This document shows positions 12,921 through 22,740 of a stretch of 64,000 nucleotides of DNA, one piece after another. Below the pieces are notes generated by a model. It was not told the DNA's origin. It did no database searches and saw nothing but the letters and a program-made list of their open reading frames with translations. How positions within the stretch are numbered: the first letter of the stretch is position 1; every line of letters starts with the position of its first letter. A program made the translations under genes and the position numbers. Location of the stretch: positions 192,001-256,000 of the forward strand of contig CAWCMR010000008.1 in NCBI GenBank assembly GCA_963796685.1, in the 5' to 3' direction. This stretch comes from an uncultured delta proteobacterium. Its GTDB lineage: Bacteria; Myxococcota_A; Polyangia; Fen-1088.

Positions 12921-13349
12921 GTGACGCGCTCCGATCTGCTCGGGTTTCTTCGCCAGCACAGGCTCGCGGTCGAGGCGTCGATGGCGCCGGACGGGCGGCC
13001 GCAAGCCGCGGTGGTTGGATTCGCCGTGAGCGACCTCCTCGAGCTCGTGTTCGACACCGTCACGACCTCGCGCAAGTATCAGAACCTGCGTCGCGATCCG
13101 CGCATCGCCCTGGTCATCGGCTGGGACGGAGAGGTCACGACGCAGGTCGAGGGCATGGCCGATTTTCCAAGCGGCGACGAGCTACTGCGCATTCGAGAGT
13201 GCTATTTCGCGGCGTACCCAGACGGCCGCGAGCGCCTGAGCTGGCCCGGCATCACGCACGTGCGGATTCGTCCCACATGGATCCGTTTCAGCGATTTCAC
13301 GAAGGATCCGCCATCCATCGTGGAGATGGACATCGCGCAGCTCGGGTAG
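12921..13349 (+). CDS. Pyridoxamine 5'-phosphate oxidase family (split-barrel flavin-binding) protein
   Basis: DGRPQAAVVGF, SRKYQNLRRDPRIALVI. Confidence 0.8.
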   Translation: MTRSDLLGFLRQHRLAVEASMAPDGRPQAAVVGFAVSDLLELVFDTVTTSRKYQNLRRDPRIALVIGWDGEVTTQVEGMADFPSGDELLRIRECYFAAYPDGRERLSWPGITHVRIRPTWIRFSDFTKDPPSIVEMDIAQLG

Positions 13350-13421
13350 CGCCGGGGCGCCGGCCACACATTCCGTCACCTTGTCCGTCACGTCGGCCTT
13401 TGCCGTTGTATGATTAGCCCG

Positions 13422-14393
13422 ATGAGCCGACTTATGGCGGCCGAGCAGGTGAAGAGCGTGGCTGAGTCCATCGACCGGCTGGAGCGCAATGTTGCGCGCG
13501 TCATCCGGGGCAAGCCAGAGGCCATTCGCAATTGCGTGCTCGCGCTCTTGGCCCGCGGTCACCTGCTGATCGAGGACGTCCCCGGCGTGGGCAAGACCAC
13601 GCTCGCGCGCGCTCTGGCCGCCTCCATCGGCGGCACCTTCCACCGCATTCAATTCACCAGCGACCTTCTGCCGTCGGACATCATCGGGGTGTCGGTCCTG
13701 GTGGGCGCCAAGTTCGAGTTCAAGCCCGGACCGCTGTTCGCCAACGTCGTGCTGGCCGACGAGATCAACCGCACCACGCCGCGCACGCAGAGTGCCTTGC
13801 TGGAGGCCATGAACGACAGCCAGGTCACCGTCGACGGCGTCGGCCATCCGCTCGAGCAACCGTTTCTGGTCGTGGCCACGCAAAATCCCGAAGAGCACTA
13901 CGGCACCTACCCCTTGCCCGAATCGCAGATGGATCGCTTCGCCTTGCGCATCCGGCTCGACTATCCCTCGGCCGAGGTCGAACAGTCGCTGCTGCTCGAA
14001 GCGCCGGCGCTGACCGAGGAAGCCCTGGCCAAAATCGAGGCCGTGGTCTCGCTGAGCGAGATCGTCGCGCTTCAGGAAGCCGCCGCGCGCGTCCATCTTT
14101 CCCCCGAGCTGGCCGGCTACATCGTCGAGGTCGCGCGTGAAACCCGACGCTCGCCCTTCCTTTCCCTCGGCCTCTCGCCGCGCGGGGAGCTGGCCTGGCG
14201 CAACCTGGCCCGGGCCGCAGCCCTGGTCGCCGGACGCGGCTTCGTGCTGCCCGACGATCTCAAGGCGCTGGCCCTGCCCGCCCTGGCACACCGCCTGGTC
14301 TTGGCCAACCAACTCGATTCGACCGGCCGCGCGCGCGACGAGGCCGAGCGCATCGTCACCGACGTGCTCGGTCGCGTACCGATCCCGGCGTAG
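13422..14393 (+). CDS. moxR: MoxR family AAA+ ATPase
   Basis: HLLIEDVPGVGKT, RIQFTSDLLPSD, LADEINR, ATQNP, YPLPESQMDRF. Confidence 0.92.
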   Translation: MSRLMAAEQVKSVAESIDRLERNVARVIRGKPEAIRNCVLALLARGHLLIEDVPGVGKTTLARALAASIGGTFHRIQFTSDLLPSDIIGVSVLVGAKFEFKPGPLFANVVLADEINRTTPRTQSALLEAMNDSQVTVDGVGHPLEQPFLVVATQNPEEHYGTYPLPESQMDRFALRIRLDYPSAEVEQSLLLEAPALTEEALAKIEAVVSLSEIVALQEAAARVHLSPELAGYIVEVARETRRSPFLSLGLSPRGELAWRNLARAAALVAGRGFVLPDDLKALALPALAHRLVLANQLDSTGRARDEAERIVTDVLGRVPIPA

Positions 14394-14410
14394 GTGAGGC
14401 CGGCATCGAC

Positions 14411-15490
14411 ATGGCGGGCCTTCGTTCGCGTCTCAGGCGCTGGTTTCGGCCCCCGCGCAAGTTCAGACTGACCCGCGAGGGCAAGTGGTTCATCGGCGCC
14501 ACGCTGGTGCTGGGATTCGCTGCCGTCAACGGCGGCATCAACTTGCTCTTCCTCGTCTTCGGCATGCTGCTTTGTTTGCTGGTGGCCAACGGCATCCTGG
14601 CCGAGGCCTCCATGCGTCACCTGGAGGCGCAACGGCAGTTGCCCCACGCCATCTATGCCGACAGCCCCTTTCTCATGGGCATCGCCGTGCGCAACCGAAA
14701 GCACCGAATCGCCACCTTCTCCCTCGAGGTCGAGGATCTCTCCGCGGATCGTACCCCTGTCGACCGACGCTGCTTCTTCCTCAAGATCCCGGCCCACCGC
14801 CGGCAAGAGACGTCCTACCGGCGGACCCTGACACGTCGAGGGATCCATCGCCTGACCGGCCTGCGCCTGTCCACGCGGTTTCCCTTCGGGCTTCTGCGCC
14901 GGTCCATCGACGTGGAGTCGCCGGCCGAGCTGCTGGTGTACCCCGCCCTGATTCCAACCGACGACCTGACCTTGCGCACGGGCCTTTCGCGCCTGGGCGA
15001 GAAACAGACAGCGGCCCGCGCACGCAGCGGGGAATTTCACGGCCTGCGCGAGCTGCGCCCCGGCGACGACCCCAGCAGCATCCACTGGCGCACCTCCGCG
15101 CGCCGAGGTCGCCCCTTCGTGCGCGAGTTCGAGGAAGAGGCCGGGCGCACGGTCGTCATCGTGCTCGAGACCGCCGTCGAACCCGGCGCCGACGAAGCCT
15201 TCGAAACCGCGGTCTCCTATGCCGCGTCGCTGGCGCTGGTGCTGATCCGGCGCGGACTTCGCGTGGGGCTCGTGGCGGGTGCCTTCGGCATCGCGCCCGA
15301 GACCGGCGGGGCGCAAGGCGGCCAGATTCTGCGCGCGCTGGCCATGGTCGAGCCGGCCGCCAACAGCCAAAACGTAGGGGACAGACCGGCCTGGGCCGGG
15401 CCCGGAGCAACCACCTTGACCGTCGTGCCGGCGCCCGGTCGTCCGCGCGTCGAGGTGGGCGCCGGCGGTGCGATGCGGAGGATGGCGTGA
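14411..15490 (+). CDS. DUF58 domain protein
   Basis: N-terminal TM pair, TRFPFGL, GEFHGLRELRPGDD..IHWRTSAR; follows moxR. Confidence 0.88.
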   Translation: MAGLRSRLRRWFRPPRKFRLTREGKWFIGATLVLGFAAVNGGINLLFLVFGMLLCLLVANGILAEASMRHLEAQRQLPHAIYADSPFLMGIAVRNRKHRIATFSLEVEDLSADRTPVDRRCFFLKIPAHRRQETSYRRTLTRRGIHRLTGLRLSTRFPFGLLRRSIDVESPAELLVYPALIPTDDLTLRTGLSRLGEKQTAARARSGEFHGLRELRPGDDPSSIHWRTSARRGRPFVREFEEEAGRTVVIVLETAVEPGADEAFETAVSYAASLALVLIRRGLRVGLVAGAFGIAPETGGAQGGQILRALAMVEPAANSQNVGDRPAWAGPGATTLTVVPAPGRPRVEVGAGGAMRRMA

Positions 15491-17763
15491 GGTTTCGCCT
15501 GGTCCACAAGCTCGCCACGTACCTGCTGGCCGCCACCGCCGTGTTCACGCTCGGCACCTCCGGCATCCTGTCTTCTTTCACCTTGGTGCTGGTGGTTCTC
15601 TTCTCGGCGCTGTCCTGGTACGCGGATGTGGAGACCCGCATCGGCCAACGCATCGGCCGGGCGACGGTCCTGTTCAATGTGGTGACCCTGGTCCTGCTGG
15701 CCGGCGCGGTCTTTCAAGTCGCGCGCAGCTTTCCCGATGTCGACCTCCTGCCCTTCCTCGATTTCGTCCTCTTCCTCCTCGTGCTCAAGCTGTGCCAGCG
15801 CCGCTCCAACCGCGACTACCTGCAGGTCTACATTCTGTCCTTCCTGGTGATGCTGGCCGCCGCCTGGTTGGCCACCAGCGTGATCTTCATCGTGGGGTTC
15901 GGTTTCTACGTCCTGCTCGCCACCTGGACCCTGGTGCTCTTCCACCTCCGCCGCGAGATCGAAGAGAACTACATCGTCCGCCACGCCAGCGAATCGAAGA
16001 CCGAGCAGGTCACCGCCACCCGCGTGCTCAACTCGCGCCGGGTGGTGGGTCCGGCCTTCTTCGCCACCACCGGCGTGGTGGCGTTGTTCGTGCTTCTGGG
16101 ATCGTCGCTGGTCTTTGCCCTGGTGCCACGCGTGGGCCTGGGCTTCATCCTGGGCGGCGTCCGCCGTCCCGTCGGCGTGGCCGGCTTCACCGACGAGGTC
16201 AAGCTGGGCATGTACGGCGTGATCTCCACCGACAACGAAACCGTCGTGCTTCGCTCGCAGGTCCCGGCCATCGCGGCCATCGCCGACGACGGCATCCGCA
16301 ATCGGGTCATATCGTCCCTATACTGGCGCGGCACCGTCTACGACACCTACGACAGGGGCCAATGGCTGCGTTCGCGCGACGCGAAGACGCGCACCCGGCT
16401 GGCCTCCTTCCAGTCGCCCATCGAGCTTTCCCGCGGCTACCTTCTCACCGACCCGTTCGAGGTCGATCCTCCGCGCGGCCGGCGGGCCGCGATCAGCGGC
16501 GCCATCGAACAGACCGTCGAGATCGTCGCTCTGTCGCACCCCGTGGCCTTCGCGCTCGACCGCCCTGTGCTGTTCGAGATTCCCCCACCGCCCGCGGGCT
16601 CATTCACGGCGGTCGACCTGGAAGCGCGCTGGTCCGACGAGGTGTCGCTGCGCATGTTCCGCGTGAACCCCGCGAATCCCTACGACCGGCACCAGGCCAT
16701 GACCGAATTTCTGGGTGCCCGCTACCGCGTCTACTCCCGCGAGGCCGATCGCGCCCACCCCGGACGTGCCAACCTGCCCGTGGAACAACTGGCGCCCAGG
16801 GTCTTCGACAACTACTTGCGGATTCCCGCCTCGCTGACCGCGCGCGTGTCGGCCTTGGCCAGGGACATCACGGCCGGACAGGCAACGCCCGCCGCCAAGG
16901 TGCAGGTGGTGGTGGCGTGGTTGCAGCGAACCCACGGCTACACCACGAATCTGAAACGCGACGAGCGCATCGCCGATCCGCTGGAGGACTTCCTTTTCGC
17001 CGAGAAGGACGGCCACTGCGAGTACTTTGCGTCCGCGGCGGCCATCCTCTTGCGCGCCGGCGGCGTGCCCACGCGCTACGTGAATGGTTTCCTAGGCGGG
17101 GAATGGAACGACCTGCGCCAGGCCATCACGGTCAGGGAGAACCGCGCGCATTCGTGGATCGAAGCCTATCTCGGTCGCGAAGGCTGGGTGCGCGTCGATG
17201 CCACGCCGGCTCTCAACCGCAATTCGCGCATGGGCACGTTCCGACAACTGCTCGACTCCGCCGAGCTGCTCTGGAATCGCTGGGTCGTGGAATACAACGC
17301 CAGCCAACAGCTCCTGCTGGCCCAGCGACTGGGGAAGAGGCTCGGATTCTCGGGTCGATCCTTCGTCGGCGGACATCGTGCCACCGGACTTACGCGGCGG
17401 CAGGCACTGGTCGTCACCGGTATCCTGATCCTCGCCATCGCCGTCATCAGTCAACGCAAACGCCTGCTCGGCTGGCGCAGAGGACAGTCGGCCGGGGACA
17501 GAGCCCAGCCCGGCGAAGTCCCCATCGCCCGCGTCTACCACGCGACGGTCAAGCGCCTGGCCGCCGCCGGCCTGCCTCGCCGGCCGTGGGAAACTCCGCA
17601 CGAATACCTCGCCCGCCTGGAAGACACCAGTCTGGAAGGCGCGGACGTGCTCGCGCGCCTGACCGAGCTTTATGCCTCCGCGCGCTACGGCGACGTGGAG
17701 ATCCCCCCCGACGTCGTGATGCGCATCCGGAGCGAATGCGGCCAGATCGGCATTTCGGAGTAG
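15487..17763 (+). CDS. TgpA-like transglutaminase (DUF3488 + transglutaminase + DUF4129)
   Basis: GTG overlaps the DUF58 stop. Multi-TM N-terminus, LYWRG, GHCEYFASA, AHSWIEAY, WVRVDATP, ETPHEY...ARYG. Confidence 0.88.
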   Translation: MRFRLVHKLATYLLAATAVFTLGTSGILSSFTLVLVVLFSALSWYADVETRIGQRIGRATVLFNVVTLVLLAGAVFQVARSFPDVDLLPFLDFVLFLLVLKLCQRRSNRDYLQVYILSFLVMLAAAWLATSVIFIVGFGFYVLLATWTLVLFHLRREIEENYIVRHASESKTEQVTATRVLNSRRVVGPAFFATTGVVALFVLLGSSLVFALVPRVGLGFILGGVRRPVGVAGFTDEVKLGMYGVISTDNETVVLRSQVPAIAAIADDGIRNRVISSLYWRGTVYDTYDRGQWLRSRDAKTRTRLASFQSPIELSRGYLLTDPFEVDPPRGRRAAISGAIEQTVEIVALSHPVAFALDRPVLFEIPPPPAGSFTAVDLEARWSDEVSLRMFRVNPANPYDRHQAMTEFLGARYRVYSREADRAHPGRANLPVEQLAPRVFDNYLRIPASLTARVSALARDITAGQATPAAKVQVVVAWLQRTHGYTTNLKRDERIADPLEDFLFAEKDGHCEYFASAAAILLRAGGVPTRYVNGFLGGEWNDLRQAITVRENRAHSWIEAYLGREGWVRVDATPALNRNSRMGTFRQLLDSAELLWNRWVVEYNASQQLLLAQRLGKRLGFSGRSFVGGHRATGLTRRQALVVTGILILAIAVISQRKRLLGWRRGQSAGDRAQPGEVPIARVYHATVKRLAAAGLPRRPWETPHEYLARLEDTSLEGADVLARLTELYASARYGDVEIPPDVVMRIRSECGQIGISE

Positions 17764-17991
17764 TCGCGACAACGCCATCGCTTCACTTTGAACGCCTCGG
17801 AAAACCCGGCCAAGCTGGGCAGCTAGAATGGCAAGGTGCTTTGCCAACTTGGCAAGAGCTTGGGATTCCTCATGCCAGCAGATCAGAACCCCGCCCAGGA
17901 CAGCGACGACTGCGTAACTTTCACTAGTGATATCAATTAGATGAGGCTAAACACCAAACGGCACCCGCATTGCAAGGTCTTGCCTTGGCAT

Positions 17992-20103
17992 ATGCGTTCA
18001 GCACCCCGCGTCCCCAGATCACCCCTCGTCGGCCTCATCGTCGCTACATTCGCGCTTCTCGCAGCCGGCCGCGCCTCGGCGCAGTATGGGGGCACAAGTG
18101 GTACCGGCACCGGCGGTGTCACGGGTACGACCGGCTCCCTAGCTGCCACGGACTTCACCATCCTCTTCAATGGCTACTTCGATGGGAAGTGGGTCCAGAT
18201 GAACTCGACCACGCAGCAGTACTACTTCAACCAGGCACGCTGTCTGTGTGACACGGATCCCAACGGCGAGTTCGAGGTCATCGTGCAGCCTGGCGCTGGT
18301 GCCGGAGCGAAGATTCAGGGTCAGCTCGAAAACAGCCTGACGGGGGGGGGGCAAGGAGCCTCGTACTTATTCGCTGGCGCCCAAGGCTACGACTGCCTCA
18401 ATCCAACCGCCTATGCCGGAGGCCTCGGAACCTTTTGCACCAATCTCATCGACCCGGGCAGCGGCTACAAGGGAACGCTTTTCTCGACCATGGCGGCCTT
18501 CGGGAACGTGAATTACATTCCGAGTGGTCCGATTCCCGTTGCCTACCTCTTCAATTCCCTGAGCAACCCTACCTGTGGTTCCAATGGCACTTGCCATTCG
18601 CCAGCTGCGTGCAAGACGACGAGCACACAGACGAATCTCCAGCTCTGGATCCAAACCAACTCTGGCGTCACTCCGGACTTCGACTCAAGTCCACCGGCCC
18701 CCGTCAGCCTGGTGGGTTATGTTCCGGTGACACCCGCCAACGTTGCAGCCGAGGGCGGCAACGAGGCGCTGAAGGTGAGTTGGGACTGGGGGGGGGTCAA
18801 CATCGCCACCGACACAACGCTGAGCGGGGTTCAGATTTTTTGTCGACGCGGCGCCACCGATCAGGTTTTCCCTACCGGCTCGTTTGGCGCGGCCTACCAG
18901 ACTCCCGCGACGCTGTGCCCGAACAATGTCGCCGCCGTTGCCGCCGCCAGCACCGACGGTCCATTCTCCAATCTCGATCCCAAGTACCTGTGCTCGGGAC
19001 TTATCCCCGCTGTCTCGAACAGCTACCGCATCACCGGGTTGCAGAACGGAATCCAGTACGGCGTCGGCGTCGCGGCGGTAGACAGGTACGGCAACATCGG
19101 AGCCATCGCCAACGTCGTCTACGGGGTACCCATCCCGACCGTGGATTTCTACGCGGAATACAAGGACGACGGCGGGTCTGGCCAGGGCGGCTTCTGCGCG
19201 TTGGTCAGCCAGCACGCTCGGCCGGGCGTTCTCACGGTCCTGTGTCTGGCAGCGCTGGGCCTGGTGCTGCATCTGCGCCGCCGATCGAGACGGCGCCGTC
19301 GACCCGGCGCCGGGACGCTCGCGGTCCTTCTCGTGGCAGGCACGCTGACGTCCGCCCAAGCGCACGCGCAGGTCGGATACGGCGGCACCTCCTTCGTCGA
19401 TGATGGCGCGGACGAGGCGTGGGAGGGAAGCCCGCGCGAGTACGCCATCGAGGCGCGTTTCGGGCTGTATACGCCGAACGTCGACTCGGAATTCGGCAAG
19501 GGCAATACGCCGCAGGCCTCAGTCTTCGGCAGCAAGAAGCGCCCCATGTGGCAGTTCGAATTCGACTGGGAATTCCTGCAGGAATTCGGCACGCTCGCCC
19601 TCGGCGGGGTCCTTGGCTACTACAAGGAGAACGCGCTGGCCTGCAAGCAGTCCGGGCTCCAGGCAGACGGCAGCTGTAACGATCGCTCAGGCGACAACAC
19701 TGGCCTGCGCTTGATTCCGCTGGCGGCCCTGCTCGTCTACCGCATGGATGAAGCCGCCAAGCGATGGAACATCCCCCTCGTGCCCTACGCGAAGATCGGG
19801 CTCAACTACACCATTTGGACGATCACCAACGGGAACGGGGATGTTGCGTGGTATCAGGATGCCAAGGGCCAGAGCACCAAGGGGCAGGGCGGCACCATGG
19901 GCTGGCAGGCGGCCGTGGGAATTTCCCTGCAGCTCGACTTCCTCGATCCGAGCTCCGCGCGCGGTTTCGACGCGGATTCCGGCGTAAACCACACCTATGC
20001 CTTCTTCGAGCTCGACCACGTGGATGGCTCGGGCCTCTACCGCAAGGACGTCCTGCGCGTCGGCGACGACACCTGGTTCGCCGGGTTGATGTTCGAGTTT
20101 TGA
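17992..20103 (+). CDS. Fused FN3/MYXO-CTERM surface protein + outer-membrane beta-barrel (MXAN_2561/MXAN_2562-like)
   Basis: Signal peptide, Cys-rich region, FN3-like (EGGNEALKVSW...ITGLQNGIQYGVGVAAVD.YGN), internal GGFC-TM-RRR, second signal-like segment, then barrel ending GLMFEF. Confidence 0.7.
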   Translation: MRSAPRVPRSPLVGLIVATFALLAAGRASAQYGGTSGTGTGGVTGTTGSLAATDFTILFNGYFDGKWVQMNSTTQQYYFNQARCLCDTDPNGEFEVIVQPGAGAGAKIQGQLENSLTGGGQGASYLFAGAQGYDCLNPTAYAGGLGTFCTNLIDPGSGYKGTLFSTMAAFGNVNYIPSGPIPVAYLFNSLSNPTCGSNGTCHSPAACKTTSTQTNLQLWIQTNSGVTPDFDSSPPAPVSLVGYVPVTPANVAAEGGNEALKVSWDWGGVNIATDTTLSGVQIFCRRGATDQVFPTGSFGAAYQTPATLCPNNVAAVAAASTDGPFSNLDPKYLCSGLIPAVSNSYRITGLQNGIQYGVGVAAVDRYGNIGAIANVVYGVPIPTVDFYAEYKDDGGSGQGGFCALVSQHARPGVLTVLCLAALGLVLHLRRRSRRRRRPGAGTLAVLLVAGTLTSAQAHAQVGYGGTSFVDDGADEAWEGSPREYAIEARFGLYTPNVDSEFGKGNTPQASVFGSKKRPMWQFEFDWEFLQEFGTLALGGVLGYYKENALACKQSGLQADGSCNDRSGDNTGLRLIPLAALLVYRMDEAAKRWNIPLVPYAKIGLNYTIWTITNGNGDVAWYQDAKGQSTKGQGGTMGWQAAVGISLQLDFLDPSSARGFDADSGVNHTYAFFELDHVDGSGLYRKDVLRVGDDTWFAGLMFEF

Positions 20104-20104
20104 G

Positions 20105-20866
20105 ATGGCGTCCGCGGACGCGCCCCCTACCCTGCGCACGCTGAAGCTGGTCGTCGAATACGACGGCACCAACTTCGCGGGCTGGCAGCGCCAGCACGGA
20201 CAGCGCACGGTGCAGGGTTGCTTGGAAGAAGCCTTCCGCGCCATGACCGGCCAGCCCGTGGTCGTACGCGGCGCCGGCCGTACCGACGCGGGCGTGCACG
20301 CCGAGGGTCAGGTGGCCAGCGTCGAGGTCTCCTCGCGCATCCCCACGCTGGGGTTCCTGCGCGGAATCAACACGAACGTGCCCCCCGAGATCGCGGTTCT
20401 CGAGGTCACCGACATGCCCGCGGCCTTCAATGCTCGGCACGATGCCCGCGGCAAGATCTACCGGTACCGGGTGTGGAACCACCCCGTCCGCTCGCCCGGG
20501 CTGGCGCGCTCGTCGTGGCACGTCTACGACCCGCTCGACACCCATGCCATGCGCGAGGCCGCCCGGTGCCTCCTCGGCCAGCATGACTTCCGCTCTTTTC
20601 GATCGTCGGATTGCGATCGCCTGAACACGGTTCGCATCATCCGGCGCTTCGACGTGCGACGAGAGGGCGCGCTGTTGTCGTTCGAAGTGGAGGGCACGGC
20701 CTTCCTGCGCAACATGGTGCGCATCCTGGCCGGAACCTTGGTCGCCGTCGGCAAGGGTAAGATGACTCCCGACGAAGTCGCGGCCCTGCTCACCACCTTC
20801 GACCGCACCCGGGCTGGCGTCACCGCGCCCGCGTGCGGGCTCACCCTGGTGCGGGTGATTTATTAG
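20105..20866 (+). CDS. truA: tRNA pseudouridine(38-40) synthase
   Basis: EYDGTNFAGWQRQ, GAGRTDAGVHA, HDFRSF, FLRNMVRI, TAPACGL. Confidence 0.95.
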   Translation: MASADAPPTLRTLKLVVEYDGTNFAGWQRQHGQRTVQGCLEEAFRAMTGQPVVVRGAGRTDAGVHAEGQVASVEVSSRIPTLGFLRGINTNVPPEIAVLEVTDMPAAFNARHDARGKIYRYRVWNHPVRSPGLARSSWHVYDPLDTHAMREAARCLLGQHDFRSFRSSDCDRLNTVRIIRRFDVRREGALLSFEVEGTAFLRNMVRILAGTLVAVGKGKMTPDEVAALLTTFDRTRAGVTAPACGLTLVRVIY

Positions 20867-20888
20867 AAGAAGGACCGCTGACCTGAAA

Positions 20889-20946
20889 CCACCTCGCCCC
20901 GCGAAGCGGGGAGAGGTCGCCGAGCGCAGCGAGGCGGGTGAGGGGC
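20889..20946. repeat. REP-like palindromic intergenic element
   Basis: CCTCGCCCCGC-GAA-GCGGGGAGAGG hairpin followed by GCGCAGCGAGGCGGGTGAGGGG; only one copy in this window. Confidence 0.55.
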
Positions 20947-21220
20947 ATCGGTCTGTCGTGCCGTTGAATCTCGTCGTGCTCCTTCGCCTTTGGTGGCGAG
21001 CGTAGCCCAGCTTTGCTGGGCGAAGCGAGGGGGGGACCGGGGGACTGCGAGCGCGAGCGAGCCAGTCCCCCGTAAGATACAAGGGGCTGCCGCGTTTCAG
21101 GACCGAGGGATCCGGGCCATCGGCCCGGCGGCGTTACTGGAAGGGTCCTTCACATCCAGACCCGAATAACACTGTACGCCCGCGTCGTTTCATGGTGTGA
21201 TGACGCCAGGAGGGATCGCG

Positions 21221-21979
21221 ATGATGAAGACCTTGGCGGCGGTTGTAGCTTGTTTGTTGGTTCCTGGCCTGGCGGCCGCGCAGTACGGGGATGCACCCCC
21301 GGCATACTACGCTCCACCCCCGGCTGGACCGCCACCCGGCTACGCTCAACCAGCCGCCCCGCCAGGCTACTACTCGTCCCGAGAACAATACGCACCCCCA
21401 GAGCCGAGCGCGAATCTCGAGGGCCTCGCCCTTTCGGCTGCGCTTGGATATGGCACAGCATTCGGCGGCCTCATGAAGGACGGCAGTGGAAACGATCTGA
21501 CCATGAGCGATGGCATCTCGGGTCAGATACCACTCTCGCTTGGCGTTGGATATCGCGCGAATCCCCTGTTCTCGTTCGGTGTGGCATTTCAGTACGCGCC
21601 CCTGACGACCAAGAACTGCGATCCTGGCTCGTCGTGCTCCGCCTCGGACACCCGCATCGGGGTAGAAGGGCGGCTTCATCTCGTGGCCGAGCAGTCATTT
21701 TCGCCTTGGCTCTCGGGAGGCATCGGCTACGAGTGGTTCAGCCTGTCGGAGTCGGGAGCGTACGTGGGAGATCTAACTCTCAAGGGTCTCGATTTCGAGT
21801 TTCAGGCGGGTGGGGATTTCCGCGTGAACAGCACCTTTACCCTTGGACCTTACCTTGGCTTGAGATTCGGAACATACGACTCCGCGTCCTCCGGGAGTGC
21901 CTCGGCCGACATACCCGATGCGAACCAAACCAGTCACGGCTGGGTTACGTTCGGAATCCGGGGCGCGTTCACGATTTAG
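21221..21979 (+). CDS. Outer-membrane beta-barrel protein
   Basis: SD GGAGG, signal peptide ending AAA-Q, Pro/Tyr-rich linker, beta strands, C-terminal GIRGAFTI. Confidence 0.75.
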   Translation: MMKTLAAVVACLLVPGLAAAQYGDAPPAYYAPPPAGPPPGYAQPAAPPGYYSSREQYAPPEPSANLEGLALSAALGYGTAFGGLMKDGSGNDLTMSDGISGQIPLSLGVGYRANPLFSFGVAFQYAPLTTKNCDPGSSCSASDTRIGVEGRLHLVAEQSFSPWLSGGIGYEWFSLSESGAYVGDLTLKGLDFEFQAGGDFRVNSTFTLGPYLGLRFGTYDSASSGSASADIPDANQTSHGWVTFGIRGAFTI

Positions 21980-22716
21980 GCGCTCTTGCTGCCGAGCGAG
22001 GCTTTCGACTTCTCGGTAAGGAGCACTTCCACCGCGACGCGCACGCGTTCGTTCAGGGTCGCGCGCTCCTCGTCGGAGAGGCCCTGGGTGGCGATGGGCT
22101 CGCCGATGATGACGGTCATCGTTCCGCTGCGCAGAAGAAGGCTCCCGGCTGGCATCAGCTCGCGCGTTCCGCGCAGTGCCAACGGCACGATGGGAACCCC
22201 GGCCTTGATGGCGAGGTGAAAGCCTCCCTTCTTGAACGTGCCCAGCGTGCCGTCGCGGGTCCGCGTGCCCTCGGGAAACAGCAAGACGGAATCGCCGTCG
22301 TGGATGCGCCGCCCGGCCTCGTCGATGCTTCGCCGGGCGGCCACTCCGTTTTGGCGATCGATGAAGATGAAGCGGCCCGCCCACATGACCCACCCGAACA
22401 GCGGGATGCGCGCGAGCTGCCGCTTGGCGATCAAGCGAATCCGACGCGGAATCGCCACGAAGACCGCCCAGATGTCGAGCGAGGAGGCATGGTTGGCCAT
22501 GAACACATAGGGCCTGTCGGGGAGCAAGTTGGCGCGGTTCTCGACCACGATCTTCACGCCCGCGAAGGACGTTATCCAGCGCGACCAGGCGCGGGCCAGA
22601 TCCAGGATGAGATCCCCGCTCTTGTCCACGAGGCGCGTCGCCAAGCCCACGAGGCTGCCCAGGATGGTGACCACGGCGATGAACAAAACAGTCAAAGCGG
22701 CTCTAAGGAACGACAC
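21976..22716 (-). CDS. plsC: 1-acyl-sn-glycerol-3-phosphate acyltransferase
   Basis: NHASSLD, FIDR, FPEGTRT, PIVP motifs. Start is GTG 22716 or ATG 22725. Confidence 0.9.
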   Translation of the reverse strand: MSFLRAALTVLFIAVVTILGSLVGLATRLVDKSGDLILDLARAWSRWITSFAGVKIVVENRANLLPDRPYVFMANHASSLDIWAVFVAIPRRIRLIAKRQLARIPLFGWVMWAGRFIFIDRQNGVAARRSIDEAGRRIHDGDSVLLFPEGTRTRDGTLGTFKKGGFHLAIKAGVPIVPLALRGTRELMPAGSLLLRSGTMTVIIGEPIATQGLSDEERATLNERVRVAVEVLLTEKSKASLGSKSA

Positions 22717-22740
22717 AGAGAGCATGCTATCCTCTCGTGG
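22716..22740. promoter_or_regulatory. Putative bidirectional promoter for plsC and pssA
   Basis: Top strand TG-C-TATCCT (22725-22733), bottom strand TAGCAT (22729-22724); GTG codons 6 and 7 nt downstream. Confidence 0.55.

Noticed and set aside
17829-17846. Sigma-54 promoter
   Set aside because: GG-to-GC spacing is 11 rather than 10 on both strands; kept only as an inverted repeat.
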